Virus record (IMG/VR): IMGVR_UViG_3300040781_000350
Direction: 5' to 3' (one strand)
DNA from: a virus
Taxonomy: Duplodnaviria > Heunggongvirae > Uroviricota > Caudoviricetes
Length of the DNA: 64,000 nucleotides
The notes beneath the pieces are model-generated. The model saw only the letters and a list, made by a program, of their open reading frames with translations. It ran no database searches and was not told the DNA's origin. Below are positions 54,493-63,869 of this stretch, piece by piece. Every line of letters begins with the position of its first letter. Position 1 is the stretch's first letter. The translations under genes were made by a program, and so were the position numbers.

Positions 54493-55485
54493 TTACTGAG
54501 TTGACTTTGAATCTAGTTGAAACAAGAATGGGTTCTGCGATCCGCCACCAACAGTGACAAACTTTGGTACTTCACCATTCCATTTTTCAGAGAAGTTAAG
54601 CAATGCTTCAGCTTTCATACGCTGTACATCAACTTCAACTTGCTTCTTACGTGCTTCAGCTGCTTTAGCGAACTCTTCTGCTTGCTTACGTTCATTAACC
54701 GCAATACTTAGCAAACGCAAATTCTCTTGCTCTTGAGCAATCTTTTGCTGTTCCTTACGCTTAATATCCATTTCAGCAGTATATGCAAAGTTGATAGCTT
54801 CCTGAATTTCGTCATCAACATATGTCAAACCTTCTGCAAGACCAAACGATGTAATTGTAATACCGTATTCTTTAAAGTGCGATACGATATGTTGTCGTAC
54901 CTTTTCAAAGATCTCATTCTTCTTAAGCTTGCACTCTTGTAGATTATATGCTCCAAAGCCTTCTGATAGTTGAGTTTGAATTACACCACGTACATTGCTG
55001 TCGATAATCTTACTAAGTGGTTGTGATCGATAGTAATATAGAAACGTTGCTGTATCAGATTCATCTACATATGCTGAGATATTTGTCCCAACTTTAAATC
55101 CGAGGCTATCCAATGATTCAACTTCAATTGCAGCTGTTTCAGCTCCGCCTCGACTTTGTTCTGTATCACTTGTCCACTCACGTGTTACTGGAGATCGGTC
55201 AACTGTTACAACACGAATTGTAGGAATCCATTCATAATCGTACCACATACGACCCAAGCTTCGCTTCTTGATCGGAATTGTAATACGCTTCGTAGCGACT
55301 TTCTGAGATTCCAAGAATTGGATACTCTCAAATTGCTGCTGGTTACTTGTCTTACCTTCGAGAGGGATAACAAATGCTGTTTCATTTGTATCGATCTCAT
55401 CGATCGGTTCAACCGGTGCTGGTCCGAAACAACCTGTAAAGAATACAGTTGAAACGAAACCGAGGATTAGTACTAGTTTTTTCAT
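54493..55485 (-). CDS. SPFH/band-7 domain lipoprotein (putative)
   Basis: 330 aa. N-terminal signal peptide with lipobox (VFFTGC). A central SPFH-like core is followed by a long Ala/Glu-rich coiled coil (AEEFAKAAEARKKQVEVDVQRMKAEA), as in HflK/HflC and flotillin-type proteins. Confidence 0.5.
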   Translation of the reverse strand: MKKLVLILGFVSTVFFTGCFGPAPVEPIDEIDTNETAFVIPLEGKTSNQQQFESIQFLESQKVATKRITIPIKKRSLGRMWYDYEWIPTIRVVTVDRSPVTREWTSDTEQSRGGAETAAIEVESLDSLGFKVGTNISAYVDESDTATFLYYYRSQPLSKIIDSNVRGVIQTQLSEGFGAYNLQECKLKKNEIFEKVRQHIVSHFKEYGITITSFGLAEGLTYVDDEIQEAINFAYTAEMDIKRKEQQKIAQEQENLRLLSIAVNERKQAEEFAKAAEARKKQVEVDVQRMKAEALLNFSEKWNGEVPKFVTVGGGSQNPFLFQLDSKSTQ

Positions 55486-55493
55486 TTTTATTA

Positions 55494-55742
55494 TTATTGT
55501 GTTTTTGTTAGCTTGGTTTTAATTGTGTTAAACCAAATTGTTAGAATCATTGCCAAGTATGCAACTGTTCCTAAGAACGGGATACTACCTTGAGAGAATT
55601 TTTCAGCTGCACTATAGACAACGATTGAATCTTCAACCTGTCGAACTGCAATTGATGCTTCTGTTGCGCTTCCAAAAGTGCTCCATGCATATAGAAATGC
55701 AATATATGCAAGTGTAATTAGTATTGTAGTTAGTTTTTTCAT
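55494..55742 (-). CDS. small membrane protein (82 aa)
   Basis: Two transmembrane helices. Confidence 0.45.
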   Translation of the reverse strand: MKKLTTILITLAYIAFLYAWSTFGSATEASIAVRQVEDSIVVYSAAEKFSQGSIPFLGTVAYLAMILTIWFNTIKTKLTKTQ

Positions 55743-55745
55743 AAA

Positions 55746-56000
55746 TTAATATTGTCCTGTTGCTTTGAGCTCTTTCGTTGTCATCATTGAATATGGACGT
55801 TCATTCATTAATCCATCTGCATCCAATGCATTGAAACGAGCTTCATGTTCTTCTTGTAAGCATGATTTACCGAGTGGTTTGAGAATAAACTCACCATCAA
55901 TTTCAATAACATCATAAATACCTGACATCGTTTTGTTAGACATTGGTATGAATATACCTGCGACTTCTTTACGTGCTATAATACGGCCTAAATGTTTCAT
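55746..56000 (-). CDS. hypothetical protein (84 aa)
   Basis: Promoter element at 56005-56025. Confidence 0.45.
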   Translation of the reverse strand: MKHLGRIIARKEVAGIFIPMSNKTMSGIYDVIEIDGEFILKPLGKSCLQEEHEARFNALDADGLMNERPYSMMTTKELKATGQY

Positions 56001-56027
56001 ATGTTTTTATTATACGGTAGTTCCTCG

Positions 56028-56222
56028 TTACATCACATTAAGGTAACTCATAATCCAATCCTTGGACAATCTAGTCAGTGAAGGGCTTGTATCATAGATA
56101 TGCTGAAGCTCATCTTTATTGAAAATTGTATCAAGAGCAACTGGTTTAACAGTACCGGTATCACCAAATACAAGCTTGTTAAACTCCGACTCTGTCAGAT
56201 CAGTTATGTTTGTTGTATCCAT
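56028..56222 (-). CDS. hypothetical protein (64 aa)
   Basis: ORF. Confidence 0.35.
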   Translation of the reverse strand: MDTTNITDLTESEFNKLVFGDTGTVKPVALDTIFNKDELQHIYDTSPSLTRLSKDWIMSYLNVM

Positions 56223-56388
56223 TGTTTGATATTTCTTCGACTATATTTTGTACTTCATTACGAACCATTTGACCTACACATTCTTTGCTGTAATTTTTTG
56301 GGTTTCCAAAATCATCAGTAATGTCTAACAGCCAAACACGAGCAGTAGCTTTTTCAATAATGTCTAACATTTGCTCGTCTATTTTCAT
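56200..56388 (-). CDS. hypothetical protein (62 aa)
   Basis: ORF. Confidence 0.35.
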   Translation of the reverse strand: MKIDEQMLDIIEKATARVWLLDITDDFGNPKNYSKECVGQMVRNEVQNIVEEISNNGYNKHN

Positions 56389-56564
56389 TATATTGTGCTT
56401 GAGTCATTATCAATATCATCACCCCATGTATGAATATCGTTTGACAATGTCATAATTTTATGATAGACCGGATATAAAAACCGTGCAGTGCAATCAAACC
56501 GTAAAAATGTTCTTGCAATCAGATCACCGGTATAAAAGAGGATGTTTGAAATGAGATATTTCAT

Positions 56565-56897
56565 TCACCCCGCTTTTCGATATTCTTCAGTGGTCATATA
56601 CTTGCGACCGTTCCATAACGTTTGTGCCCTAAGTTTACGTTGTTGATGAGCAAGATTAAATGCATCATCACTCAACATAACACATGTTGTGGCTCTAAGT
56701 GCAGCATCTCTGCTACAAATTCGTTCATACCGAATAAACCCATCATCATTCCATTGCTTTGCAATTTCACGATCACCATCGTTCATATGTGCACTATCTA
56801 CTTTACCGCTATAGTCTACTGCTCGTGTTTCAAGGTACAGCAAAAGGCTGCGTTCATCTCGTGACATTTCTTCTAGTTTTTTCATAGTGTTTCCCAT
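56565..56897 (-). CDS. hypothetical protein (110 aa)
   Basis: ORF. Confidence 0.45.
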   Translation of the reverse strand: MGNTMKKLEEMSRDERSLLLYLETRAVDYSGKVDSAHMNDGDREIAKQWNDDGFIRYERICSRDAALRATTCVMLSDDAFNLAHQQRKLRAQTLWNGRKYMTTEEYRKAG

Positions 56898-57097
56898 TGA
56901 CTGTTAATACATTTGATAAACGTGATAGCATCTACACCTTCAGGTGGGTAAGCAACTTTATGATCAATCACACCTTCAATTGAAAACGGGTTCGTTTCAA
57001 GCAGCATAACACATGGATACTTCTTAGGGTAGCTGTGCGGTTTATGTTTGTAATCATATGTTTTTTCAAATTCTTCCTTGTTATGTATGACTTTCAT
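56882..57097 (-). CDS. hypothetical protein (71 aa)
   Basis: Promoter element at 57102-57120. Confidence 0.4.
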   Translation of the reverse strand: MKVIHNKEEFEKTYDYKHKPHSYPKKYPCVMLLETNPFSIEGVIDHKVAYPPEGVDAITFIKCINSQWETL

Positions 57098-57487
57098 AAG
57101 GATATTATAGTATTGTTCCTTTCAGGACATAAATATAAATATGACACAACGTTTTGATAAATTAGTAGAAAGTTTCTCTCTTAATGACGACAATAGCCGA
57201 GAATGAGATGAAACTGAAACACCTGATGAATATTATCAGTATGAAAATGACGATCTTGAAATTGGTGGTAAGTCACTTTGGGTGAAAGCATCTGTTAATT
57301 ATGAGCTATCAAGCAACGATGATACAGGAGAAGGTTTCATTGATGTTCATAGCGTTGAGTTGAGCTATGTTGGTGTGTTAAATGATGTACAAGATGATTT
57401 TGTACCAATCGATTTACAAACATTATCACCTGAGGATCGTGAGACTATTGAAGCTGCAATTCAGCAAGATTTTCTCGATAGAGAACA

Positions 57488-57946
57488 TTACCGATAAACA
57501 ATTACATTATCAGGTAGATTCTCGATGATCGGAAGCACATCATCATATTGTAACCTACCAGCACCAATGCCTGGAAAATTTAAATGGAATGTATAGTCGC
57601 TTAAAAGTGCTAAAAATGACAGCATTTTCATACTCTTACGAATAATATCCAAATCTGCATCATCGCTATAATAGCGTTTCACTTGGAAGGCTCCTACAAT
57701 CTGATCGGGAGAAATATTTGCAAATATGATACCATAATCACCTTGTCTGAACTTTATCATACATTGTTTGATATACTCACCAATCTGTGCATCGACACCA
57801 GGGAATGCATCTCTCACCTGCTTAGCCGCTCCGCGACCCATGACCAACACATCACCTGATTTAAGCGTGTTGTTGCCTGTAAACATATAAACATCGGGTT
57901 TCGACCATGCTTTGGAATAGTCAAGTAATTGTTCTTTTAATATCAT
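57488..57946 (-). CDS. hypothetical protein (152 aa), weak macro-domain-like features
   Basis: FTGNNTLKSGDVLVMGRGAAKQV and FPGIGAGRL vaguely resemble the macro-domain glycine-rich loops (NAAN…GGGV, GIxGYP). This is speculative. Confidence 0.3.
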   Translation of the reverse strand: MILKEQLLDYSKAWSKPDVYMFTGNNTLKSGDVLVMGRGAAKQVRDAFPGVDAQIGEYIKQCMIKFRQGDYGIIFANISPDQIVGAFQVKRYYSDDADLDIIRKSMKMLSFLALLSDYTFHLNFPGIGAGRLQYDDVLPIIENLPDNVIVYR

Positions 57947-58146
57947 GCTCCTAAATAGTATCTTGTTTGTTCAGCTGAACATTCATCCCATACACCAATG
58001 TATGGATACATTCTCACACCATGGATAACTTCACTCTTTTTAAACATGCATTTAAAGTCCTCATCTGAAATATCCTCTGGTAATTGATCTTCATATTCAT
58101 ACTGCAGCGCACAAACATCGTAATCGTACTCACATGATTCCATCAT
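57943..58146 (-). CDS. hypothetical acidic protein (67 aa)
   Basis: ORF. Confidence 0.35.
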   Translation of the reverse strand: MMESCEYDYDVCALQYEYEDQLPEDISDEDFKCMFKKSEVIHGVRMYPYIGVWDECSAEQTRYYLGA

Positions 58147-58330
58147 CTAGCATTTCTAAGTTTATCAAACAAATGACATTGCTACGATCACTCGCTACAT
58201 AAAAAAGATGATCAGCTGCTTGAGTAATACTCAAATTATCACATCTACAATAGTATCCACTTTGCGCGTATTTTTCACTGAAATATTGATTTATAATGTT
58301 TTTCAGTATTGGATCGATTTGCTTTGTCAT
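58130..58330 (-). CDS. hypothetical protein (66 aa)
   Basis: ATGA overlap with the upstream gene. Confidence 0.35.
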   Translation of the reverse strand: MTKQIDPILKNIINQYFSEKYAQSGYYCRCDNLSITQAADHLFYVASDRSNVICLINLEMLDDGIM

Positions 58331-58506
58331 TTCTGTTCAAACAGTTTCGTCATATTTTCTAATAGGCGGTCGAGTGTTTGTTTACACTGTTCTGTATCAC
58401 CGCTCTTCAAATCATCAATACCTTTTTGTAAAGTTATGATCATTTGAGCGTTAACAAATTCTTGGATGTTATCAGACATAGTAACAGTATTTAATCCACT
58501 CACCAT
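58327..58506 (-). CDS. hypothetical protein (59 aa)
   Basis: Start at MVSGLNTV (58506), 20 nt after the upstream stop. The longer ORF-track form would overlap. Confidence 0.35.
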   Translation of the reverse strand: MVSGLNTVTMSDNIQEFVNAQMIITLQKGIDDLKSGDTEQCKQTLDRLLENMTKLFEQK

Positions 58507-58526
58507 AATAGTTTTGAACTGCTGTA

Positions 58527-58715
58527 TTAAACTGACTTGAGATATTCGCTGATGTAACAGCATTCAATCTCAAAATCTTTACGTGATTTGCATACGATGC
58601 TTTGTTCGTATACAATCTCATCATTATTTTTAACAATGATTTTTGGGTGTTCATCCGCACACTGATACGAATATTCATTCCCGTTCATCACAATGTCAAA
58701 TTTTGTATTTTCCAT
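58527..58715 (-). CDS. hypothetical protein (62 aa)
   Basis: ORF with an AT-rich TAAATAAT-like element upstream. Confidence 0.4.
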   Translation of the reverse strand: MENTKFDIVMNGNEYSYQCADEHPKIIVKNNDEIVYEQSIVCKSRKDFEIECCYISEYLKSV

Positions 58716-58923
58716 ATGTTATGTTATTTTTGTTATTATTTACTACGGTTTGAATTGATATCTTTATCAATTTTTTGCGTAACTTTAACTCCGACATGCT
58801 CATTAAACACAAGCGGTCCATAAGACCTCCCCATTGTTTTACCAGCATTCATCACTTTTGTTCTTCCTTTTAGGGTTCGTTTTGCCATAAGTTAATTTCT
58901 TCTATTTTAGTATACGTTTTTAT

Positions 58924-59214
58924 TTAATCAACTGGTTCATCTGAGTACCATTCCAATTTTTTGAATTCTGATATACGCATTGAATGCTCTTTGACTATTT
59001 TACGGTTAGCGTCTAGTTCAGTGAGCAGACACCAATTTTCTTTGATATCTCGCACTATATAAAAGAAGCATTTCTCGCTTGGATCGTGTTCGAACGGGTT
59101 GTAATGATAGTTTTTTACTAACCGTGTTTGACCAACTTTAACAAGGTTTCTTTCCTCTTCTTCTTGAAGATTATATGTACACCAATTAGTAAACTTATCC
59201 CAAATCTTACCCAT
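58924..59214 (-). CDS. hypothetical protein (96 aa)
   Basis: ORF. Confidence 0.45.
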   Translation of the reverse strand: MGKIWDKFTNWCTYNLQEEEERNLVKVGQTRLVKNYHYNPFEHDPSEKCFFYIVRDIKENWCLLTELDANRKIVKEHSMRISEFKKLEWYSDEPVD

Positions 59215-59657
59215 TACATTGCCTTACGTTTCTTCTTAAGAATTTTATCAGTTACATTTCCATTACGGGTAACACCTGCTTTGTTGAAAAATGACTGATT
59301 ACCACTGTGTTCAAAAACACTAAGTCGTTTCTTCTTTGACACAATGAATGCTTTTTTAAGCATTGCTGTTGCAACACCTTTTCGACGATAACGTACTAGT
59401 GTATAGCATTGATATTCTGTATTGAAATCTGTATAAACAATCGCCCATCCGACTAGATTTGTACCATTATGCGCAACAATCACAAACCCGTTTCTTTCAA
59501 TGATCTTATCTTCAAGAGTATCGGCCATCAACCCATCACCTCTCACTGTATTGTCAGCAACACGACCGCTGTTGAAATTATTACGCTTACAAAACATCTT
59601 AATATCGTCAGGAAGGTTTTGTGTCTTCAAATTGTATGTTTTTGTATATGTTCTCAT
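59214..59657 (-). CDS. GNAT-family N-acetyltransferase (putative)
   Basis: 147 aa. YTLVRYRRKGVATAMLKKA matches acetyl-CoA-binding motif A (R/Q-x-x-G-x-G/A). Confidence 0.55.
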   Translation of the reverse strand: MRTYTKTYNLKTQNLPDDIKMFCKRNNFNSGRVADNTVRGDGLMADTLEDKIIERNGFVIVAHNGTNLVGWAIVYTDFNTEYQCYTLVRYRRKGVATAMLKKAFIVSKKKRLSVFEHSGNQSFFNKAGVTRNGNVTDKILKKKRKAM

Positions 59658-60217
59658 TCGTAGTAATCTGGAATTAGTTCGATGTTTGAATTAAAGCACA
59701 ATGGTGAACCCATTGAAATATATTCACCGAATATGCTCATAAGATACCATAATTGAAACTTCGACCATCCATCTTCATCCACTTTTGGTGTACTGATTTC
59801 ACTAACTCGTAGATATTTTGAATGATGCTGTATGTATTTTCCAATACCATACTCTGTGAGTTTCACTCGCACATCATGATTGATGTTGAATTCATTTTTT
59901 TCCGGCTTGTTCATGACAGCTACTCTATGCGCTTGTCGTGTAACCTTTTCGAAATCATTAATTTCAACTCGAACAGATTTATCTGTCATTGATATGATTT
60001 TACCTTCTTGTGGAAATACACTACCGTACTGTGTAGGAGATGTCATACATACAACAGTATCTCCTACATACATTTTTATTCCTTTATGATCTTTAAGATA
60101 TTTTACACTCATTTGTTTGTTCTTGTTCGTATGATTCTGGCCACTTATTATAATGTTGTTCCATTTCTTCTGCTGCTGAATAGGCAGTAACGATAGCACA
60201 TTCGATTCCACCAGCAA
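59654..60217 (-). CDS. hypothetical protein (187 aa)
   Basis: ORF. Confidence 0.45.
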   Translation of the reverse strand: MLVESNVLSLLPIQQQKKWNNIIISGQNHTNKNKQMSVKYLKDHKGIKMYVGDTVVCMTSPTQYGSVFPQEGKIISMTDKSVRVEINDFEKVTRQAHRVAVMNKPEKNEFNINHDVRVKLTEYGIGKYIQHHSKYLRVSEISTPKVDEDGWSKFQLWYLMSIFGEYISMGSPLCFNSNIELIPDYYE

Positions 60218-60347
60218 CAGGTTCGAGAAAATCTTTATGTAGATAGTTAGTCTTCGCCATCATCCGAAACTCATGACGGATATCAGACAACTGATCGCGT
60301 AGTTCATGAATACGTTCATGTTGTTTTTTGAATTTTTCTTCACTCAT
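60093..60347 (-). CDS. hypothetical protein (84 aa)
   Basis: Overlaps the previous gene in another frame, so assignment is uncertain. Confidence 0.3.
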   Translation of the reverse strand: MSEEKFKKQHERIHELRDQLSDIRHEFRMMAKTNYLHKDFLEPVAGGIECAIVTAYSAAEEMEQHYNKWPESYEQEQTNECKIS

Positions 60348-60382
60348 ATTCTTTATGCACTGTTGTTTTCGTTTTATACATT

Positions 60383-60577
60383 TTAGTACCCATAACAGAT
60401 TCTAGATAGTCGTTTACACACATCTGAGCCGTTGAGACGTTCAAATCTCATCCCAAATTGTTCTTCTTCATTTAACATACCTCCATACTTTCGTACTTTG
60501 GTTAACCGTCGTGATAACTCATCACGCATGCTTTCAGCCTGTTCAAGTTTTTGTTTAAGTTCTTCTACTTCGCTCAT
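60383..60577 (-). CDS. hypothetical coiled-coil protein (64 aa)
   Basis: ORF. Confidence 0.35.
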   Translation of the reverse strand: MSEVEELKQKLEQAESMRDELSRRLTKVRKYGGMLNEEEQFGMRFERLNGSDVCKRLSRICYGY

Positions 60578-60580
60578 ATA

Positions 60581-60925
60581 CTATTTTGGTTTGTTTGTTG
60601 TGAAGTAATATGGATCGTTTAATATCTCAAAATCATATTTGGTTACAAGACTACCTTCTACAAATGGTTTCATAGAGTATGTACCGTCTTCATTCTTGAA
60701 AAACTCGACACCGTCTTTGACTCTATAGATAACATCTGAACCTGGGTGTAAAGTGTGCGGAAACAAAACATAATAACCATGATTCAAAAACACTCCTTGG
60801 AACCGTTTTATATCACTCTTTGTGGCAGCTTTTTCACCCATAACATGCTCAAACATCACATCATCACAAGTAAAGTGGTCAACATTGAGATCACTTTTTC
60901 TAAGTTTTAACTCATTCATATACAC
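60581..60925 (-). CDS. hypothetical protein (114 aa)
   Basis: ORF. Confidence 0.45.
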   Translation of the reverse strand: MYMNELKLRKSDLNVDHFTCDDVMFEHVMGEKAATKSDIKRFQGVFLNHGYYVLFPHTLHPGSDVIYRVKDGVEFFKNEDGTYSMKPFVEGSLVTKYDFEILNDPYYFTTNKPK

Positions 60926-61124
60926 TACCTTTCTGTCCTGGTTCGTTACTATTTGTACAATCTAAATTATGATCACTTGCATGAGGACAACGCTTGTTAC
61001 CACATTTCGGGCATAAGATCATCTGTGCTCGATTTAGCGGAATAACCCAACCATGTAAATCATATACAAGCTTATGCTCTTCGATACACTTATGACAAAT
61101 ACACTGTTTATTTTCTTGGACCAT
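60912..61124 (-). CDS. hypothetical zinc-ribbon protein (70 aa)
   Basis: CICHKC…CPKCGNKRC. Confidence 0.4.
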   Translation of the reverse strand: MVQENKQCICHKCIEEHKLVYDLHGWVIPLNRAQMILCPKCGNKRCPHASDHNLDCTNSNEPGQKGSVYE

Positions 61125-61398
61125 ATGGAGTTGAATCGAGTCTCATATCCCAAAGCTCATCAGAACGCTTATAACCAAGCTTCATTGCTTCTTCAACAGA
61201 ATCAATTTCGTCGAAGATTTCAGATGCTGATGTTGCTAAGCAATACTTGTTTGGATCACGACCAACACTTGCATCCATAACAGTCTCTTGCTTACGGATC
61301 GTCATGTAGAACGTTTTGTAGTCCTTACATTCCCAAACATTAAACTCACCTAACTTGATAAACTTCTTACGAGTTGGATCTGATGATAATTTGCTCAT
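61108..61398 (-). CDS. hypothetical protein (96 aa)
   Basis: ORF. Confidence 0.45.
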   Translation of the reverse strand: MSKLSSDPTRKKFIKLGEFNVWECKDYKTFYMTIRKQETVMDASVGRDPNKYCLATSASEIFDEIDSVEEAMKLGYKRSDELWDMRLDSTPYGPRK

Positions 61399-61568
61399 TA
61401 GTTGTAACGTACGTTTTGTTTTGTTGATTGAAAAAGTAATTCAAACGTTGCTGGTTTCTTCCAATTTTGATATGGTATTGATGGAAACTTGCGTCTTTTT
61501 TCACAATACTCGATAAGGTCCTCCTTTTTAATAAAGGTTTTCCTCTTATCATCGCCGTTTGAATTCAT
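61398..61568 (-). CDS. hypothetical protein (56 aa, not in ORF track)
   Basis: Hand-translated as MNSNGDDKRKTFIKKEDLIEYCEKRRKFPSIPYQNWKKPATFELLFQSTKQNVRYN. A promoter element (61571-61590) lies directly upstream. ORF-track 61367..61552 in a different frame is probably spurious. TAATG overlap with the downstream gene. Confidence 0.35.
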   Translation of the reverse strand: MNSNGDDKRKTFIKKEDLIEYCEKRRKFPSIPYQNWKKPATFELLFQSTKQNVRYN

Positions 61569-61592
61569 ACAGCAATGATAAGAGGGTTCCGA

Positions 61593-62633
61593 TTACGCTA
61601 CCTTAGTTAGCTCGATCGCACGAGCTCCTCGCTCGATCGTTTCAGCAAACTTATCTTCTTGCGTTACAACATCCCAGAACTGAATCTTACCAGTACGGCC
61701 AATTCCGAACTCACTCGATACGAATTGGATAGCCTTATCAGCTCCGAAACCTCGTGTAGATGAATGTGTGTAGTAATCAGTTACTGCACTGAACGCATCT
61801 GCGACTGTTTCACCGCGGTTACCAGCACCGTTCTGGAAGAGATCCATCAAATGACCGATCCGATTGGTGCTGCGTGTACTTACACCCTTTTCAAGATCCT
61901 TCATGCTCTTATGACGAAGGACAAACCCTGTGAACAACCGTTGAGTATCACCCTCATTGATCTTCTGACTATGAAGAATGTCGAACTGCTTGCGGAAATG
62001 CTCCTGCGTTCCAAGATATGCATCAAGAGCTTTGCTCATATCAACAATCTTTTCATCCATATTACCACGGTGAACTGCTTTTGCAACTGCGCCGGTACGG
62101 AAGTTGTATGTAAATGTGTTATCACATACAGTGCAGACATTTGTGTTGTTGACCCAGATCGTTGAACTTTGATCGTGTGAATTACCGAAGTTCAGAAAGT
62201 CATTAAATGTACGACCACCTGCTTGGAACGTATCATGACCTTTGATCTTAACCGTGACGAACACTCGACCACGATTACAAACACTACCAACACTCACAAC
62301 TTCAGCGCCTTTAATAGCATCTATTGCTGAACGAACCAGATCAAGAAATGTCGCATTGGTAACTGGTTTGTATGTTTTAGTCATCGGACGACCGATTGGC
62401 ATACAATCATCAGTTGCGACGATCATATCAAATTCGGTAGGCTCTCCACCTGGAAGGTAAAGACCACGACGATCAATATCCCACTCTGTGAGCCAATTAT
62501 TATTGACATCAATTGTATCTTCAACTTCTGTCAAGCCGTGCCATGCTTGTTTGACACCTTGTTGTTTATCTCTTGCTGTTATATTATGACTCATTGTATT
62601 ATTTGTTTGTGTTAATTTTATTGTGCTTATCAC
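61593..62633 (-). CDS. hypothetical protein (346 aa), possibly DUF932-like phage/plasmid protein
   Basis: Large ORF. Its size and composition are reminiscent of the phage/plasmid DUF932 family, but I cannot verify this. The promoter element (62643-62662) lies about 10 nt upstream of the start (short leader), unlike the leaderless array genes. Confidence 0.5.
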   Translation of the reverse strand: MISTIKLTQTNNTMSHNITARDKQQGVKQAWHGLTEVEDTIDVNNNWLTEWDIDRRGLYLPGGEPTEFDMIVATDDCMPIGRPMTKTYKPVTNATFLDLVRSAIDAIKGAEVVSVGSVCNRGRVFVTVKIKGHDTFQAGGRTFNDFLNFGNSHDQSSTIWVNNTNVCTVCDNTFTYNFRTGAVAKAVHRGNMDEKIVDMSKALDAYLGTQEHFRKQFDILHSQKINEGDTQRLFTGFVLRHKSMKDLEKGVSTRSTNRIGHLMDLFQNGAGNRGETVADAFSAVTDYYTHSSTRGFGADKAIQFVSSEFGIGRTGKIQFWDVVTQEDKFAETIERGARAIELTKVA

Positions 62634-62727
62634 TTCTATTCCCCTATTATAAGAGTGTTCCTATAACCGAAACATTTAATCGATGTTCTTTTCGTAGATA
62701 TATTACATTCAATTAAATAATAGTATA

Positions 62728-63828
62728 ATGTTGACCAGAATTGAAGATTTAATTAGACAAGGCATATTTGATATACCTCTTGACACTAATGACCCGACGT
62801 CCGGAATTGGTGTTTATGCAGGCAACGGTGCTTTTGGATATGCTCCTAATGGAACGAGATGGGTGAAAGTTGGTAGCAGTAATAATGATTGGAAGCAATT
62901 TTTATTCGTATCTGATGTTACATCCGGTAACACCACATTCAATACAATATCAGCAACAACGATACACACCACAACGATTCATGCTGTTTCCTCATTTGTT
63001 GATGTTATTGATATTAAACAGTATGAACTATCAGGTTTTGATGTAGAAGGTAATGTTACTATCGATGGTAATATAAATGTTACAGGTACTGTTGATGGTA
63101 GAGACATTGCTAGTGATGGGTCTAAGATCGATACTCTAATATTAGACGTTTCGTATCTTTCAGCTAATATTGATTCTAATTTCAATCTTCAAACTGCAAC
63201 TGATAACTATCTATCTGGTGCAATTGATTCTAATTTCAATCTTCAAACAGCAACCGACAATTATCTTTCAGCTAATATTGATTCTAATTTCAATCTTCAA
63301 ACAGCAACTGACAATTATCTTTCAGCTAATATTGATTCAAATTTCAATCTTCAAACTGCAACTGATAACTATCTATCTGGTGCAATTGATAATACAGATG
63401 CTGATATAACATTCTTAAGTGGTGCAATTGATTATAATTTCAATCTTCAAACAGCAACCGACAATTATCTTTCAGCTAATATTGATTCAAATTTCAATCT
63501 TCAAACTGCAACTGATAACTATCTATCTGGTGCAATTGATTCTAATAACACATCTATTACCAATCTCAACTCAACTGTAAGTTCAAATAGTGCTGATTGG
63601 AGCGATAAAAGAATTATCAACACTGTTAATTCTGCAGTTGCAACACCATTATCCGGATTATCAGAGAATGAAGCAGCTGTAAGAAACATCGATAACATTA
63701 TTATTATGGATATAAACATCGGTAACACAGTACGATCTATTATTGTTGGAACTACGACATCAACAGAAGACATAGTAACATTTAACAATGAGCAAGTCTT
63801 CTTTAATGGTGAATTTGTAATTATATAG
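62728..63828 (+). CDS. tail fibre-like protein with internal 20-aa (60-bp) tandem repeats
   Basis: 366 aa. Its N-terminus (MLTRIEDLIRQGIFDIPLDTNDPTSGIGVYAGNGAFG) is shared with the next gene. About six copies of IDSNFNLQTATDNYLS(A/G)(N/A). TTAAATAAT lies 6 nt before the ATG. Confidence 0.6.
   Translation: MLTRIEDLIRQGIFDIPLDTNDPTSGIGVYAGNGAFGYAPNGTRWVKVGSSNNDWKQFLFVSDVTSGNTTFNTISATTIHTTTIHAVSSFVDVIDIKQYELSGFDVEGNVTIDGNINVTGTVDGRDIASDGSKIDTLILDVSYLSANIDSNFNLQTATDNYLSGAIDSNFNLQTATDNYLSANIDSNFNLQTATDNYLSANIDSNFNLQTATDNYLSGAIDNTDADITFLSGAIDYNFNLQTATDNYLSANIDSNFNLQTATDNYLSGAIDSNNTSITNLNSTVSSNSADWSDKRIINTVNSAVATPLSGLSENEAAVRNIDNIIIMDINIGNTVRSIIVGTTTSTEDIVTFNNEQVFFNGEFVII
63154..63545 (+). repeat. 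in-frame 60-bp tandem repeat array inside the tail-fibre-like gene
   Basis: The unit gctaatattgattctaatttcaatcttcaaacagcaactgacaattatctttca and close variants run as four contiguous copies. A diverged spacer follows (ATDNYLSGAIDNTDADITFLSGAIDYNFNLQ…), then two more copies. Confidence 0.85.
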
Positions 63829-63869
63829 ATTAAAAATGGAAAATCAAAAATAGTGATTAAATAATTAAA

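Noticed and set aside
63154-63545. Possible CRISPR array (regular 60-bp repeats)
   Set aside because: The repeats are contiguous and in frame with no unique spacers, inside a long ORF. This is a coding tandem repeat, not a CRISPR array.
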